Shown: positions 18,002 to 27,265, counted from the first letter of the stretch. The stretch is DNA of 64,000 nucleotides from Fibrobacteria bacterium (GCA_021155885.1 JAJNBB010000001.1:5698-69697), one strand, 5' to 3'. A program made the numbers and translations. The notes: generated by a model from the sequence alone, not told the origin.

Positions 18002-18165
18002 GAGGCAATAGGTAGGAGGTAGGAGCCAAGCAAAGCATTCCTCTGATCTAGGCGTGGCGCGGTTGGCCCATGCGGAACGTGCGCCTCCCGCGCTAAAATT
18101 TCATTTTCGTTTCTTGCCGAGCCTCCTACCTACTACCTACTACCTACTACCTACTACCTACTACC
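17997..18165. repeat. heptamer inverted-repeat element E4 (GGTAGGA family)
   Basis: Left arm ggtagga ggcaata ggtagga ggtagga g (17997-18025) embeds the thiL TAG stop. ~96-nt spacer. Right arm is cctccta + 5 x cctacta + cc (18122-18165) and ends 10 nt before the uppP ATG. Confidence 0.9.
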
Positions 18166-18175
18166 TTTCCCTCCC

Positions 18176-19036
18176 ATGCTACTCCTCATCGCCGCCATTC
18201 TCGGCCTCGTCGAAGGCTTCACGGAATTTTTGCCCGTCTCTTCCACGGGTCATTTGATCCTGGCCGGCTCGTTGCTGGGTTTTACGGGAGACAAGGCCAA
18301 GGTTTTCGAGATCGTGATCCAGACGGGGGCCATCTTCGCGGTGATCGGCGTTTATTGGGCGCGCCTGGGCGCGGTGGCGGTTTCCTCCGTCGGCGGGAAC
18401 GGGTCGAAGCGGCGGGATTCACGGCGCTTCGTGACCAACGTGCTCATCGGTTTTTTGCCCGCGGTGGTTCTGGGGCTTTTGTTCGGCAAGGCCATCCAGG
18501 CGCACCTGTTCACGCCCGTGGTGGTGGCCTCCACCTTTATCGCCGGGGGTTTGATCATTCTCTGGGCCGAGCGGAAGTCGCGCGTGAACAAGGCGGGAAT
18601 CGACAACGGGCCCGCGCGTCCGCGCGTGGGCGAGGTGGAAGACCTGACGGCGCTGGACGCGCTCAAGGTCGGGCTGGTCCAGTGCCTCGCGCTCGTGCCC
18701 GGCACGAGCCGCTCGGGGGCCACTATCATCGGGGGCATGCTGCTCGGCTTGTCCCGCAAGGCGGCGACCGAATTCAGCTTTTTTCTGGCCATTCCCACCT
18801 TGCTCGGGGCGGGCGCCTACAGCCTTTACAAGGAGCGCGCCCTGCTCTCGGCCGCCGACCTCCCCCTGTTCGCGGTGGGGCTGCTGGTTTCTTTTTTCTC
18901 GGCCTGGATTTGCGTGCGCTGGCTGCTGCGCTACGTCGCCACCCACGACTTCATTCCCTTCGCGTGGTACCGCATCGTGTTCGGGATCGTGGTGCTCGTG
19001 ACGGCGTGGGGCGGCTGGGTTCACTGGGCCGAATAG
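18176..19036 (+). CDS. uppP: undecaprenyl-diphosphate phosphatase
   Basis: [16 protein letters not shown] and [10 protein letters not shown] motifs. Multi-TM protein of 286 aa. Confidence 0.95.
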   Translation: MLLLIAAILGLVEGFTEFLPVSSTGHLILAGSLLGFTGDKAKVFEIVIQTGAIFAVIGVYWARLGAVAVSSVGGNGSKRRDSRRFVTNVLIGFLPAVVLGLLFGKAIQAHLFTPVVVASTFIAGGLIILWAERKSRVNKAGIDNGPARPRVGEVEDLTALDALKVGLVQCLALVPGTSRSGATIIGGMLLGLSRKAATEFSFFLAIPTLLGAGAYSLYKERALLSAADLPLFAVGLLVSFFSAWICVRWLLRYVATHDFIPFAWYRIVFGIVVLVTAWGGWVHWAE

Positions 19037-19196
19037 GCTCGCGGCGGGTCGGTAAATTTCCTCCAAAAAATAGTAGAATCCAACGCATACCCGCGTTTTA
19101 AAGCCAAAAAGGCCCTAAAAAAACGAAAAAACACGCCCCGGTTATTTTTTCTTGCGGTAGATTAGGGGCTCCATTTTTTACCCTGAAGGAGGGAAA

Positions 19197-20717
19197 ATGT
19201 CAACATCGAATACCCAGGCCGCGCCCGACATGAAAGTGTTTTGGTGCGTCTTCATCGCCCTGATCACCACGTCCTTCGGATTCATCATCCGCGCCTTCTC
19301 CATCGGAGACTGGGGCACGGAGTTCGGTCTGACCGCCACGCAGCAGGGTGAAATTCTCGGTGTGGGCGTTTGGCCCTTCGCCATCTCCATCGTCGTCTTT
19401 TCGTTGATCATCGACCGGATCGGCTACAAGACGGCCCTGGGCTTCGCTTTCATCTGCCACGTCCTCTCCGTCGTCCTGACCATCACGGCCAAGGATTACT
19501 GGACGCTTTACTGGGCGACCTTCATCGCGGCGCTCGGCGCCGGCACGGTGGAAGCCGTGGGCAACCCGGTGGTTGCCTCCATGTTCACCCGGGAAAAGGT
19601 CAAGTGGCTGAACATCTTCCATGCCGGTTGGCCGGGCGGCCTGGCGCTCGCCGGCATCATCATGATCGCGATGGGCTCCGCCACCTGGCAGACCCGCATG
19701 CTCCTGATGCTCCTTCCCACGCTGGTCTACGGCGTGCTCATGATCTCCGTGAAGTTTCCCGTCAACGAGCGCGTCGCCGCCGGCGTGCCTTACAAGGACA
19801 TGCTCAAGGAAGTCGGCGCGCTCGGCATCTTCATCGTCTCCTGGCTGATCTTCTCCGAAATCGGCCGCGTCTTCTCCTGGTCGCAGGGCCTCGTCTGGGG
19901 CGCGATCATCGTGACCACCGTGGTTTACTTCGCCTACGTGCGCTCGCTGGGCCGTCCGATGTTCATCTTCCTGCTGCTCATCATGATGCCCCTGGCCATC
20001 ACCGAGCTCGGCACCGACGGCTGGGTCACCGAGCTGATGGGCCCTGAAATGCACAAGATCGGACTGCACGCCGGCTGGGTGATCGTGTACACCTCGGTCA
20101 TCATGGTCATCCTGCGCTTCCTGGCGGGCCCGATCGTCAAGGTCGCCACGCCCCTGGGCCTGCTCGCGATCTGCTCCGCCCTCGCCGCGGTCGGCCTGTA
20201 CTGGCTGTCCTTCGCGCAGGCCGGCATCGTGATCCTCGCCGCGGCCACCCTCTACGGCATCGCGAAGAGCTTCTTCTGGCCCACCATGATCGGCGTCGTC
20301 GCCGAGCGCTTCCCCCGCGGCGGCGCGCTGACCTTGAACACCATCGGCGGCATCGGCATGCTGAGCGCCGGCGTCGTCGGCTCCGTGATCCTCGGCCTGA
20401 GCCAGGACAAGGCGATCGACCGCAACGTGCGCATGTACGACAACCAGAACGGCACCGCCATCCATGACACCTACGTCACGGTGGAAAAGGTCAGCGTGCT
20501 GGGCAAGTACCGCGCGGTGGACGGTTCCAAGCTGGCCATGGCGCCGGCCGAAGACCAGGCGGCGGTCCAGCAGGCCGTGGTGACCTCGAAGAAGACGGCG
20601 TTGACCACCGTCGCGATCCTTCCGGTCATCATGTTCGTCTGCTATCTGGTCCTGCTGTTGTACTTCCGGTCCAAGGGCGGTTATCGTCCCGTGGATCTCG
20701 GGCACTCGGCGCACTGA
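19197..20717 (+). CDS. MFS-type transporter
   Basis: ATG after gaaggaggg. About 12 predicted hydrophobic segments, and DRIGYK resembles the MFS motif between TM2 and TM3. 506 aa. Confidence 0.8.
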   Translation: MSTSNTQAAPDMKVFWCVFIALITTSFGFIIRAFSIGDWGTEFGLTATQQGEILGVGVWPFAISIVVFSLIIDRIGYKTALGFAFICHVLSVVLTITAKDYWTLYWATFIAALGAGTVEAVGNPVVASMFTREKVKWLNIFHAGWPGGLALAGIIMIAMGSATWQTRMLLMLLPTLVYGVLMISVKFPVNERVAAGVPYKDMLKEVGALGIFIVSWLIFSEIGRVFSWSQGLVWGAIIVTTVVYFAYVRSLGRPMFIFLLLIMMPLAITELGTDGWVTELMGPEMHKIGLHAGWVIVYTSVIMVILRFLAGPIVKVATPLGLLAICSALAAVGLYWLSFAQAGIVILAAATLYGIAKSFFWPTMIGVVAERFPRGGALTLNTIGGIGMLSAGVVGSVILGLSQDKAIDRNVRMYDNQNGTAIHDTYVTVEKVSVLGKYRAVDGSKLAMAPAEDQAAVQQAVVTSKKTALTTVAILPVIMFVCYLVLLLYFRSKGGYRPVDLGHSAH

Positions 20718-20758
20718 CGCCGAGCCTTCAGGCCGGAGAGCTTCGCTCTCCGCGCCCA

Positions 20759-20791
20759 CAAAAAAGCCCGCGGTTTCCGCGGGCTTTTTTG
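20759..20791 (+). terminator. rho-independent terminator after the MFS gene
   Basis: aaaaaa-gcccgcgg-tttc-cgcgggc-tttttt. Confidence 0.85.
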
Positions 20792-20892
20792 TGTCCAACC
20801 CCCCAATTCCTCCCTCAAAGCCCCTGAATTCCTTCATGCTGGACATACCCGGAGGCAAAGGTTATCTTGGGTTTTTCTTCTGAAAACGACAT

Positions 20893-21729
20893 ATGGAATG
20901 GTTCCGTAAAGCGAAGTCCGGCATTGGCACCCTGATCAAAAAGGACACGCCGGTCGATCTATGGATAAAATGCGAGGGCTGCAAGGAAGTCCTCTACCGC
21001 AAGGAGCTGGCCGAGAACCTGCACGTGTGCAATCACTGCGGGCATCACTTCCGGATCGGCGCCGCGGAGTACGTCCGGATCCTGGTCGACGAGGGCAGCT
21101 GGACGGCGATGGACACCGGCCTGCGCTCCACGGATCCCCTGAAGTTCAGCGCGAAGAAGAAATACAAGGACAGCCTTGTCGAGGCCGAGAAGAAAACCGG
21201 AACCAACTCGGGCGTGCTTTCCGGAACGGGCAAGCTGGACGGCATCCCCCTCGCGCTGGGAGTGATGGACTTCCGTTTCATCGGCGGCTCCATGGGCTCC
21301 GTCGAGGGCGAGAAAATCGCCCGGGTTTTCCGTCGCGCGCTCAAGGACAAGACCCCGGCCGTCATCGTTTCCGCCTCGGGCGGCGCGCGCATGCAGGAGG
21401 GAATCCTCTCCCTGATGCAGATGGCGAGCACCTCGGTGGCCATCGCGCAAATGCGCGAAGCCGGCCTTCCCTTCGTTTCGATCCTGACCAACCCCACCAT
21501 GGGCGGCGTCACGGCTTCCTTCGCCATGCTGGGCGACGTGCACATCTCGGAGCCGGGGGCCCTGATCGGTTTCGCCGGCGAGCGCGTGATTCGCGAGACC
21601 ATCCGGCAGCAGCTGCCTCCGGGCTTCCAGCGCGCCGAGTTCCTGATGGAAAAGGGCTTCGTCGACGTCATCGCCCCGCGCAAGGAGCTCAAGGGCACCG
21701 TCGGCAAGATCCTGTCGCATTTGAGATAA
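20893..21729 (+). CDS. accD: acetyl-CoA carboxylase carboxyltransferase beta subunit
   Basis: Zinc-ribbon CEGCKEVLYRKEL..VCNHCGHHFRI. Carboxyltransferase core GGSMGSVEGEK...SGGARMQEG. Confidence 0.95.
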   Translation: MEWFRKAKSGIGTLIKKDTPVDLWIKCEGCKEVLYRKELAENLHVCNHCGHHFRIGAAEYVRILVDEGSWTAMDTGLRSTDPLKFSAKKKYKDSLVEAEKKTGTNSGVLSGTGKLDGIPLALGVMDFRFIGGSMGSVEGEKIARVFRRALKDKTPAVIVSASGGARMQEGILSLMQMASTSVAIAQMREAGLPFVSILTNPTMGGVTASFAMLGDVHISEPGALIGFAGERVIRETIRQQLPPGFQRAEFLMEKGFVDVIAPRKELKGTVGKILSHLR

Positions 21730-21779
21730 GGACGGCCGGGAAAGGGCATAGCGTTCCAATCCGTGTGTCTCCGGATGCA

Positions 21780-21880
21780 AATGATGAATGCGGAATGATG
21801 AGTGATGAAAACGCGCGCTTCAAAGCGCTGAAGTCAGCGGAAAATTCTTTCATAATTCATCATTCCTAATTCATCATTCT
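21780..21880. repeat. heptamer inverted-repeat element E5 (AATGATG family)
   Basis: Left arm aatgatg aatgcgg aatgatg agtgatg (21780-21807). Spacer contains a small hairpin (gcgc..gcgc). Right arm ttcataa ttcatca ttcctaa ttcatca ttct (21849-21880) ends 4 nt before the folC ATG. The arms are ~26/30 complementary. Confidence 0.9.
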
Positions 21881-21884
21881 CCGT

Positions 21885-23273
21885 ATGACTCCCTCGTCCT
21901 ACCCTTCCGCCCTTCGCTGGCTGTACGCCCGCAACCAGTTCTCGATCAAGCTCGGCCTCGAGGCCACGCGGGCGTTGCTGGCGGCGCTGGGCAATCCGGA
22001 ACGCGGCGGCGTCTTCCTGCATGTGGCGGGCACCAACGGCAAGGGAAGCGTGTGCGCCAACCTGGCCGCCATGCTTCCCGCCCTCGGTGTCGGGCGCGTC
22101 GGGCTTTATACCTCCCCGCATCTCGTGAGCTTCCGCGAACGCATCCGCGTGGACGGGCGGCCCATTCCCGAGGCCGCCGTGACGGCCTGGATGCGGGCCG
22201 CGTTCCCCGTGCTCGAGGCCCAGAATCCCACGTACTTCGAATGCGTGACCGCGCTGGCGTTCGACTGGTTCCGCCAAAGCCGCTGCGGCGCGGTCGTGCT
22301 GGAAACCGGCCTGGGCGGCCGCCTGGACGCGACCAACGTCGTCGCGCCCGCCGTCACGGTCATTACCTCGATTTCGCTGGACCATACCGCGATCCTGGGG
22401 GACACGCTCGAGGCGATCCAGGGAGAGAAGCTGGGCATCGTCAAGCCGGGCGTGCCGGTGGTCGTCGACGAAGCGCGCGAGGACTTGGCCGGCCGGGCCG
22501 AGGCGCATGCCCGCGCGATCGGCGCCCCGTTCGTCAACCTCGCCGGAAGATTGCGGCCCGGAGAGCAGGGGACGTGGACGGTGCGCGGCCAATGGGCGTC
22601 GTATGAACTGCCGGCGGGGTTGCGGGCCGAAGGCCATCAGCTGCGCAACGCGGCCCTTTCGGTGCTGGCCCTGGAGGCTTTTCACGGCCGGGCCCTGCCG
22701 AATGGCGGGCCTTCGGAACCGGGCGCTGAACCGTTATGGCTGGCCGCGTTGCGCGGGGCGCGCCTGCCCGGCCGCACCCAGCGGATAATGCCGCGGACCG
22801 GCGCCGCGGAAGGATCCACGCGGCCCGCGCGGGTGCCGGTAATGCTGGACGGCGCGCACAACCCCGCCGGCGTCGACGCCTTGTGCGCCGTGCTGAAGAC
22901 GGAGGGAGGCCGCGCGCGCGTGTTTTTCTCCGTGATGCGCGACAAGGAATATCGGGCGGTGTATCGCGCGTTGCGCGCGGCGGCGAGCGACGTGGTCTTT
23001 CTGGACATGAGCGCGCTTTTCCCGCGCGCGCTTTCTTTCGCGGAGTTGAAGGGCGCCCTGGAGGATGCCCGCGAAAGTCCGCCCCGCAACGTCCCGCTTG
23101 CCTGGGACGGAATCGAGCCGCTCCTGCGCGAGGGAACGGGCGCCGATCGGGCGGTGTTCTGCGGATCCCTGTTTTTGCTGGGCGAGGTCATCCCGCTGCT
23201 TTTGCCTCACTATGAGGGGCTGGAGGAGTTTGAGGAACTCGCGGGGGAAAAGGAAATGATGAAGGATGAATGA
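21885..23273 (+). CDS. folC: bifunctional folylpolyglutamate synthase / dihydrofolate synthase
   Basis: HVAGTNGKGSV P-loop, a Mur-ligase-like middle domain and the DGAHNP motif. 462 aa. Confidence 0.9.
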   Translation: MTPSSYPSALRWLYARNQFSIKLGLEATRALLAALGNPERGGVFLHVAGTNGKGSVCANLAAMLPALGVGRVGLYTSPHLVSFRERIRVDGRPIPEAAVTAWMRAAFPVLEAQNPTYFECVTALAFDWFRQSRCGAVVLETGLGGRLDATNVVAPAVTVITSISLDHTAILGDTLEAIQGEKLGIVKPGVPVVVDEAREDLAGRAEAHARAIGAPFVNLAGRLRPGEQGTWTVRGQWASYELPAGLRAEGHQLRNAALSVLALEAFHGRALPNGGPSEPGAEPLWLAALRGARLPGRTQRIMPRTGAAEGSTRPARVPVMLDGAHNPAGVDALCAVLKTEGGRARVFFSVMRDKEYRAVYRALRAAASDVVFLDMSALFPRALSFAELKGALEDARESPPRNVPLAWDGIEPLLREGTGADRAVFCGSLFLLGEVIPLLLPHYEGLEEFEELAGEKEMMKDE

Positions 23274-23350
23274 GGAATGATGAAGGGAGAATGGGCTTTT
23301 CTTCCCTTCTTTCGCGTTTATTCCTTATTCATCATTCCGCATTCATCATT
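23255..23350. repeat. heptamer inverted-repeat element E6 (AATGATG family)
   Basis: Left arm aatgatg aaggatg aatgagg aatgatg aagggag aatgggc (23255-23296) overlaps the last folC codons and contains its TGA (23271-23273). Right arm attcctt attcatc attccgc attcatc att (23320-23350) ends 14 nt before the GTG at 23365. Confidence 0.9.
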
Positions 23351-23364
23351 TTATCTTATCCCCC

Positions 23365-24567
23365 GTGGACGCCATCAAGCTCAAGAATTCCTGCATCTGC
23401 GGCAACACGCTTCCCTACGCCGAATGCTGCGGGCTTTTTCAGGCGCCGCCCGCCGAGGGCGGGGACGCGTCGGACCGCGCGGCGTTTCGCCACGATTTGC
23501 ATGAGCTCTTCATGTATCTGTTTCCCTTGCGGAACCTGTACCAGGTTTATTGGGAGCGCCTGAGCGAGGAAGAATACCCGCATCACCTGCTGATGGCCGA
23601 TGCCGACTACGGCCGCGCGATGATGGCGAACTTCTTCTGGGACTATTCCGTGCAGTTTTCCGACGCGCGGCCCATCCTGCGGGCGGCCCGCGACATCGAG
23701 GAAAAGAACCTGCGCCTGGCCAACGACTTCCGCCAGTGGAGCCTGTCCCCCTTCTGGCTGTGGTACGTGATCGAGGCCGACAACCGGCACGCCTACATCC
23801 GCATGGCGGATTCGGACCGGACGCGGCGCATCGAGCACGGGGGAGAGCTGCCCGAACCGGGCCGCTACTTCGCCGGGCGCATCCTTTCGTACCGGGGCAA
23901 GGAGCAGGTCCATCCCGCGCTTCTGGTTTTTTCCGAGGGCGCCGCGACCGTGCTTCCCGACCGCCTGCGCGGAATCTGCAAGGCCCTCGGGATCAAGTCT
24001 GGCAGCGGCCTGCGCCCCGACGTGCAATGCGAGGAATGGCGCCGCCACGGGTCCCTGCTGCTTTCGCTGTGGCGCGAAATGACCTACGACGCGCGCGTGG
24101 GGATTCCCTCGCGCACGGTTTCATCGCCGCATTCCTTTCACCTGCCCGCCCCGGAACGGTGGAACACGGCGCGCCAGTTGCAGGAGGGCGGGGCCGTCCC
24201 CACGGGACGCAACCGTTTCGAACTGCGCTACCGCGCGCTGACGTTGGCGCGCCTGGAGGCGGGGACCTCGGGGTTGCAGGTGACCTTGCTCGACGAGGCC
24301 TACCGACCCTATGTGTTTCACTGGCTGGGGGACCACCTCGGCATGGCCTCGGGATCTTCGCCGGGCGGCGATCGCATGGAATCCGCCCCGCCCGCGCCGG
24401 GAGACTGGAAGGCTTGGGCGCGCGCGGCCCATGATCTTTTGAACGGCGAAACGCCGATGGAGGCCAGCCTCCATGATTTCGGCCGGCGCCGCCTGCGCGT
24501 CCTGCTGGAAGAACTGCCGCTGAAAGAAGCGGAACTGACGGCGCTGCAGCGGCAACTGGGCCTCTAG
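23365..24567 (+). CDS. SEC-C metal-binding motif protein (hypothetical)
   Basis: GTG start. N-terminal CICGNTLPYAECCG is a SEC-C type zinc motif. I do not recognise the remaining ~380 aa. Confidence 0.6.
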   Translation: MDAIKLKNSCICGNTLPYAECCGLFQAPPAEGGDASDRAAFRHDLHELFMYLFPLRNLYQVYWERLSEEEYPHHLLMADADYGRAMMANFFWDYSVQFSDARPILRAARDIEEKNLRLANDFRQWSLSPFWLWYVIEADNRHAYIRMADSDRTRRIEHGGELPEPGRYFAGRILSYRGKEQVHPALLVFSEGAATVLPDRLRGICKALGIKSGSGLRPDVQCEEWRRHGSLLLSLWREMTYDARVGIPSRTVSSPHSFHLPAPERWNTARQLQEGGAVPTGRNRFELRYRALTLARLEAGTSGLQVTLLDEAYRPYVFHWLGDHLGMASGSSPGGDRMESAPPAPGDWKAWARAAHDLLNGETPMEASLHDFGRRRLRVLLEELPLKEAELTALQRQLGL

Positions 24568-24572
24568 CCTCG

Positions 24573-26381
24573 ATGGGTTCCGCCGTTTTGCGCGCCGCCG
24601 TTCCCGCGTTCATCCTCCTTTGCGGAGCGCTCCCGGCCTTTTCCGCCGCCGCGGCGCCCTTCGATACGGTCACGCGCCGCCTGATGGCGCCGGCCGGTTT
24701 TCGGCCCGTCGATTTCGACATGCTGATCAGTTTCCGGGCCGAACCGCCCCGTATGCTTACGACCGTCGAGGCATTGCTCCGCCGTCCGCGGAGCGTGGAC
24801 TCGCTGGTGCCGGCGCTGCGCGCGGCCCTTGGCGAAAATTCCGCCCCCGACTTTTCCCACGCCCTGTGGCCCTGGATCGATGTCCATACCCCGGCACGGA
24901 CCGTGCGCTCGGGCAAGGATGAAATCCTGGTCGCCGAGGAATTGCTGCGCTTGTTCCTGAAGCCCCTGGCTTCGACGGAGGTGGCCTATCTGCGCGCCGA
25001 GGCGCCCGCCCTGCTCGTGCATGGCGCGGAGGACACCTCGCTGGACCCGATCGCCTCCGAGATCGAACGCCTGCGCGGCGAGGCGCGGACCGACTCGGTG
25101 ATGCGCCTCGCGGGCCGGCTTCCCCTCGAGAGGTTGGCCGAGGCCTCCCAGGCCCTGGAGCAGGCCCGCCGCAAAATCCTGGGCTCGGCCCGCCATGACG
25201 GGGTCGCCGTGACCATCGAACGCCTCAAGGCGTTGCGCGCGCGCGGAACCCCCGTGACGATCGGGTCCGAAGGCGACGACGTGCATCGCCTCGACCGGGG
25301 CCTGGTGTTCGATCCCGGCGGCAACGACCGCTACGAGTTTCCCGACACCGCGCGCCCCGGCGGCTGGCTGCTGGTGATCGACCTCGCGGGCGACGATGAA
25401 TACCGCGCGCGCGACAGCGTGGGGGCCGCGGCCGCCTTCCTTTCAGTGCAGCTCCTCCACGACGAGACGGGACACGATCGCTATCTCGGCGGCGACCTGG
25501 CCTTCGGCGCGGCGGTGATGGGCTACAGCCATCTCTTCGACGGCGGAGGAGACGACGTCTACGAGGCGCGCAGCGCTTCGCTCGGCTTCGCCTTTCAGGG
25601 CGTCGGGATCCTTCAGGACGCCGGGGGCAACGACCTTTACTCCTCTTGGTTTTTCTCGCAGGGCGCCTCGGCCACGAACGGCCTCGGCCTTTTGCTCGAC
25701 GCCGCGGGCAACGATCACTACCTCTCCCGCCCCGTCTTTCCCGACGACCTGCGGTACCGGGATCACTTCCTGAGCATGTCCCAGGGCTTCTCCAGCGGTT
25801 TCGCGCCGCGCCACGCGGGCGGCATCGGCGTGCTGTGGGACCGTTCGGGCGAGGATCTGTACGCAGCCGACATCTTCGGGCAGGGAGCGGGATATTGGTT
25901 CGGCTGGGGCCTGCTGATGGACGACGCGGGAAGCGATCGCTTCACGGCGCACCAGTACGCGCAAGGCGCGGGCGTGCACTTCGCCGCGGGAACCTTGTGG
26001 GACAAGGCCGGCGCCGACGTGCGGGTCAGCAAGGGCGTCAGCCAGGGTTGCGGGCACGACGGAGGCTTCGGCCTGCTCGTGGACGAGCAGGGCAACGACC
26101 GGAACCTGGCGGTCGACATGAGCGCGGGCGCGGGCAGCGCCAACGGCCTGGGCGTTTTTCTGGACATGAACGGGGCCGACGGCTACGGCCTGGGCGACCT
26201 CCGAATGACCCTGGGACACGGGGACATGCGCCGCGACCGGGGCAGCTTCGGGTTCTTCCTGGACCTGGGCGGCCAGGACGCCTACCCCGCCTCCACGGAC
26301 GGGCCGCGCGACAACGCGGCGTGGCGCGCCTATGACGGGAAGGTCAGGGGATATGGCTATGGGATGGATACAGAGGAATGA
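24573..26381 (+). CDS. secreted solenoid-repeat protein (about 12 D-x-x-G-x-D-x-Y repeats), hypothetical
   Basis: Signal peptide MGSAVLRAAVPAFILLCGALPAFSAAAAP. Repeated DPGGNDRYEF, DLAGDDEYRA, DETGHDRYLG, DGGGDDVYEA, DAGGNDLYSS, DAAGNDHYLS, DRSGEDLYAA, DDAGSDRFTA and others at a ~23-28 aa period. Confidence 0.65.
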   Translation: MGSAVLRAAVPAFILLCGALPAFSAAAAPFDTVTRRLMAPAGFRPVDFDMLISFRAEPPRMLTTVEALLRRPRSVDSLVPALRAALGENSAPDFSHALWPWIDVHTPARTVRSGKDEILVAEELLRLFLKPLASTEVAYLRAEAPALLVHGAEDTSLDPIASEIERLRGEARTDSVMRLAGRLPLERLAEASQALEQARRKILGSARHDGVAVTIERLKALRARGTPVTIGSEGDDVHRLDRGLVFDPGGNDRYEFPDTARPGGWLLVIDLAGDDEYRARDSVGAAAAFLSVQLLHDETGHDRYLGGDLAFGAAVMGYSHLFDGGGDDVYEARSASLGFAFQGVGILQDAGGNDLYSSWFFSQGASATNGLGLLLDAAGNDHYLSRPVFPDDLRYRDHFLSMSQGFSSGFAPRHAGGIGVLWDRSGEDLYAADIFGQGAGYWFGWGLLMDDAGSDRFTAHQYAQGAGVHFAAGTLWDKAGADVRVSKGVSQGCGHDGGFGLLVDEQGNDRNLAVDMSAGAGSANGLGVFLDMNGADGYGLGDLRMTLGHGDMRRDRGSFGFFLDLGGQDAYPASTDGPRDNAAWRAYDGKVRGYGYGMDTEE

Positions 26382-27265
26382 TGTATCTCCGCGCGTTTTG
26401 TTCATTCCCCAGGATTGGTCCGCTTCGCGGTCTCGTCCTGGCGGCACTGCATTCCTCATTCATCCTTCCGCATTCCTCATTTGCTTGGACCCCACCCGTA
26501 TTCAGTCGCCTCGACAGCCTGTTCGTCACCGCCGCCACCGGCGAACCCCGCTTTCAGGCGGCGCGCGCGGCGGCGGAAAAGGCCCTGCTGGCCGACTCGG
26601 GAACGTTGCCTTATCTCCTGCGGAACCGGCTGCGCCGGCAGACTCCCCGCCAGCAGCATTACGTCGAGCGCCTGTTCACCCTGTCGAGCGATTCGGGCCG
26701 CAACCCCCGTCCGCGCGCGCTTCTCGCCGCCGCCCTGGCCGACGCGCCCTCCGACACGATCCGCGTCCAATTGCTGTCGATCGGCTCCTGGCTCGGAGAT
26801 TCTTCCTTCCGGACGGCCGCATTGCCCTGGCTCAAGTCTTCCTTCGAACCGGCACGCCGCATGGCCGTGCGCAACCTGGGAACCTACCCGGCGCCCCGCA
26901 ACCTCCCGCTTTTGCTGGAGGGGCTCTCCTCCGTGCAGGGACTGGAACTACAGCAGCGGCTGTGGTCGCTCGGGGCGCAAAAGTCCGCGCCCGACATCTC
27001 CCTCGCGCCTCTTCTCGCGGATCCCTATTTCTTTAACCGCCGCAAGGTGCGCGACCTGCTGCTGAAGACCGCGGACAGTTCCTGGGCGCGATTGGACTCC
27101 ATCCGGGCGCGGCAAACCCGCGTGACGGCCCGGGAGGAATGGTGGCTGCTGGCGCAGGACGCGCGGGACGGCCGCGCTTTCCTCGAAGCGGAGAGGGGCA
27201 AGATGACGGGGGAGGAGAGGAAATACTTCGGGGTCGAAGAAGAGGCGGCAGGCGGCAGGCGGTAG
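26378..27265 (+). CDS. HEAT-like repeat protein (hypothetical)
   Basis: ATG overlaps the upstream TGA (ATGA). No alternative in-frame ATG or GTG for ~70 codons. Repeats of the type RRMAVRNLGTYPAPRNLPLLLEGL are HEAT/PBS-lyase-like. The N-terminus is encoded partly by heptamer array E7, so the start is uncertain. Confidence 0.55.
   Translation: MMYLRAFCSFPRIGPLRGLVLAALHSSFILPHSSFAWTPPVFSRLDSLFVTAATGEPRFQAARAAAEKALLADSGTLPYLLRNRLRRQTPRQQHYVERLFTLSSDSGRNPRPRALLAAALADAPSDTIRVQLLSIGSWLGDSSFRTAALPWLKSSFEPARRMAVRNLGTYPAPRNLPLLLEGLSSVQGLELQQRLWSLGAQKSAPDISLAPLLADPYFFNRRKVRDLLLKTADSSWARLDSIRARQTRVTAREEWWLLAQDARDGRAFLEAERGKMTGEERKYFGVEEEAAGGRR
26451..26482. repeat. heptamer array E7 (AATGATG-family complement arm) inside or at the start of the next ORF
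   Basis: attcctc attcatc cttccgc attcctc attt. Only a weak local partner exists (ggaatgatg at ~26375). The perfect 19-nt partner is the E6 left arm (23261-23279). Confidence 0.7.

Noticed and set aside
18054-18257. 67-aa ORF containing [15 protein letters not shown], and similar small ORFs across other arrays (for example 59761..60039 and 59923..60123).
   Set aside because: The repetitive peptides are simply translations of the heptamer arrays or palindromic repeats. They have no start context and overlap the uppP start or the intergenic elements.
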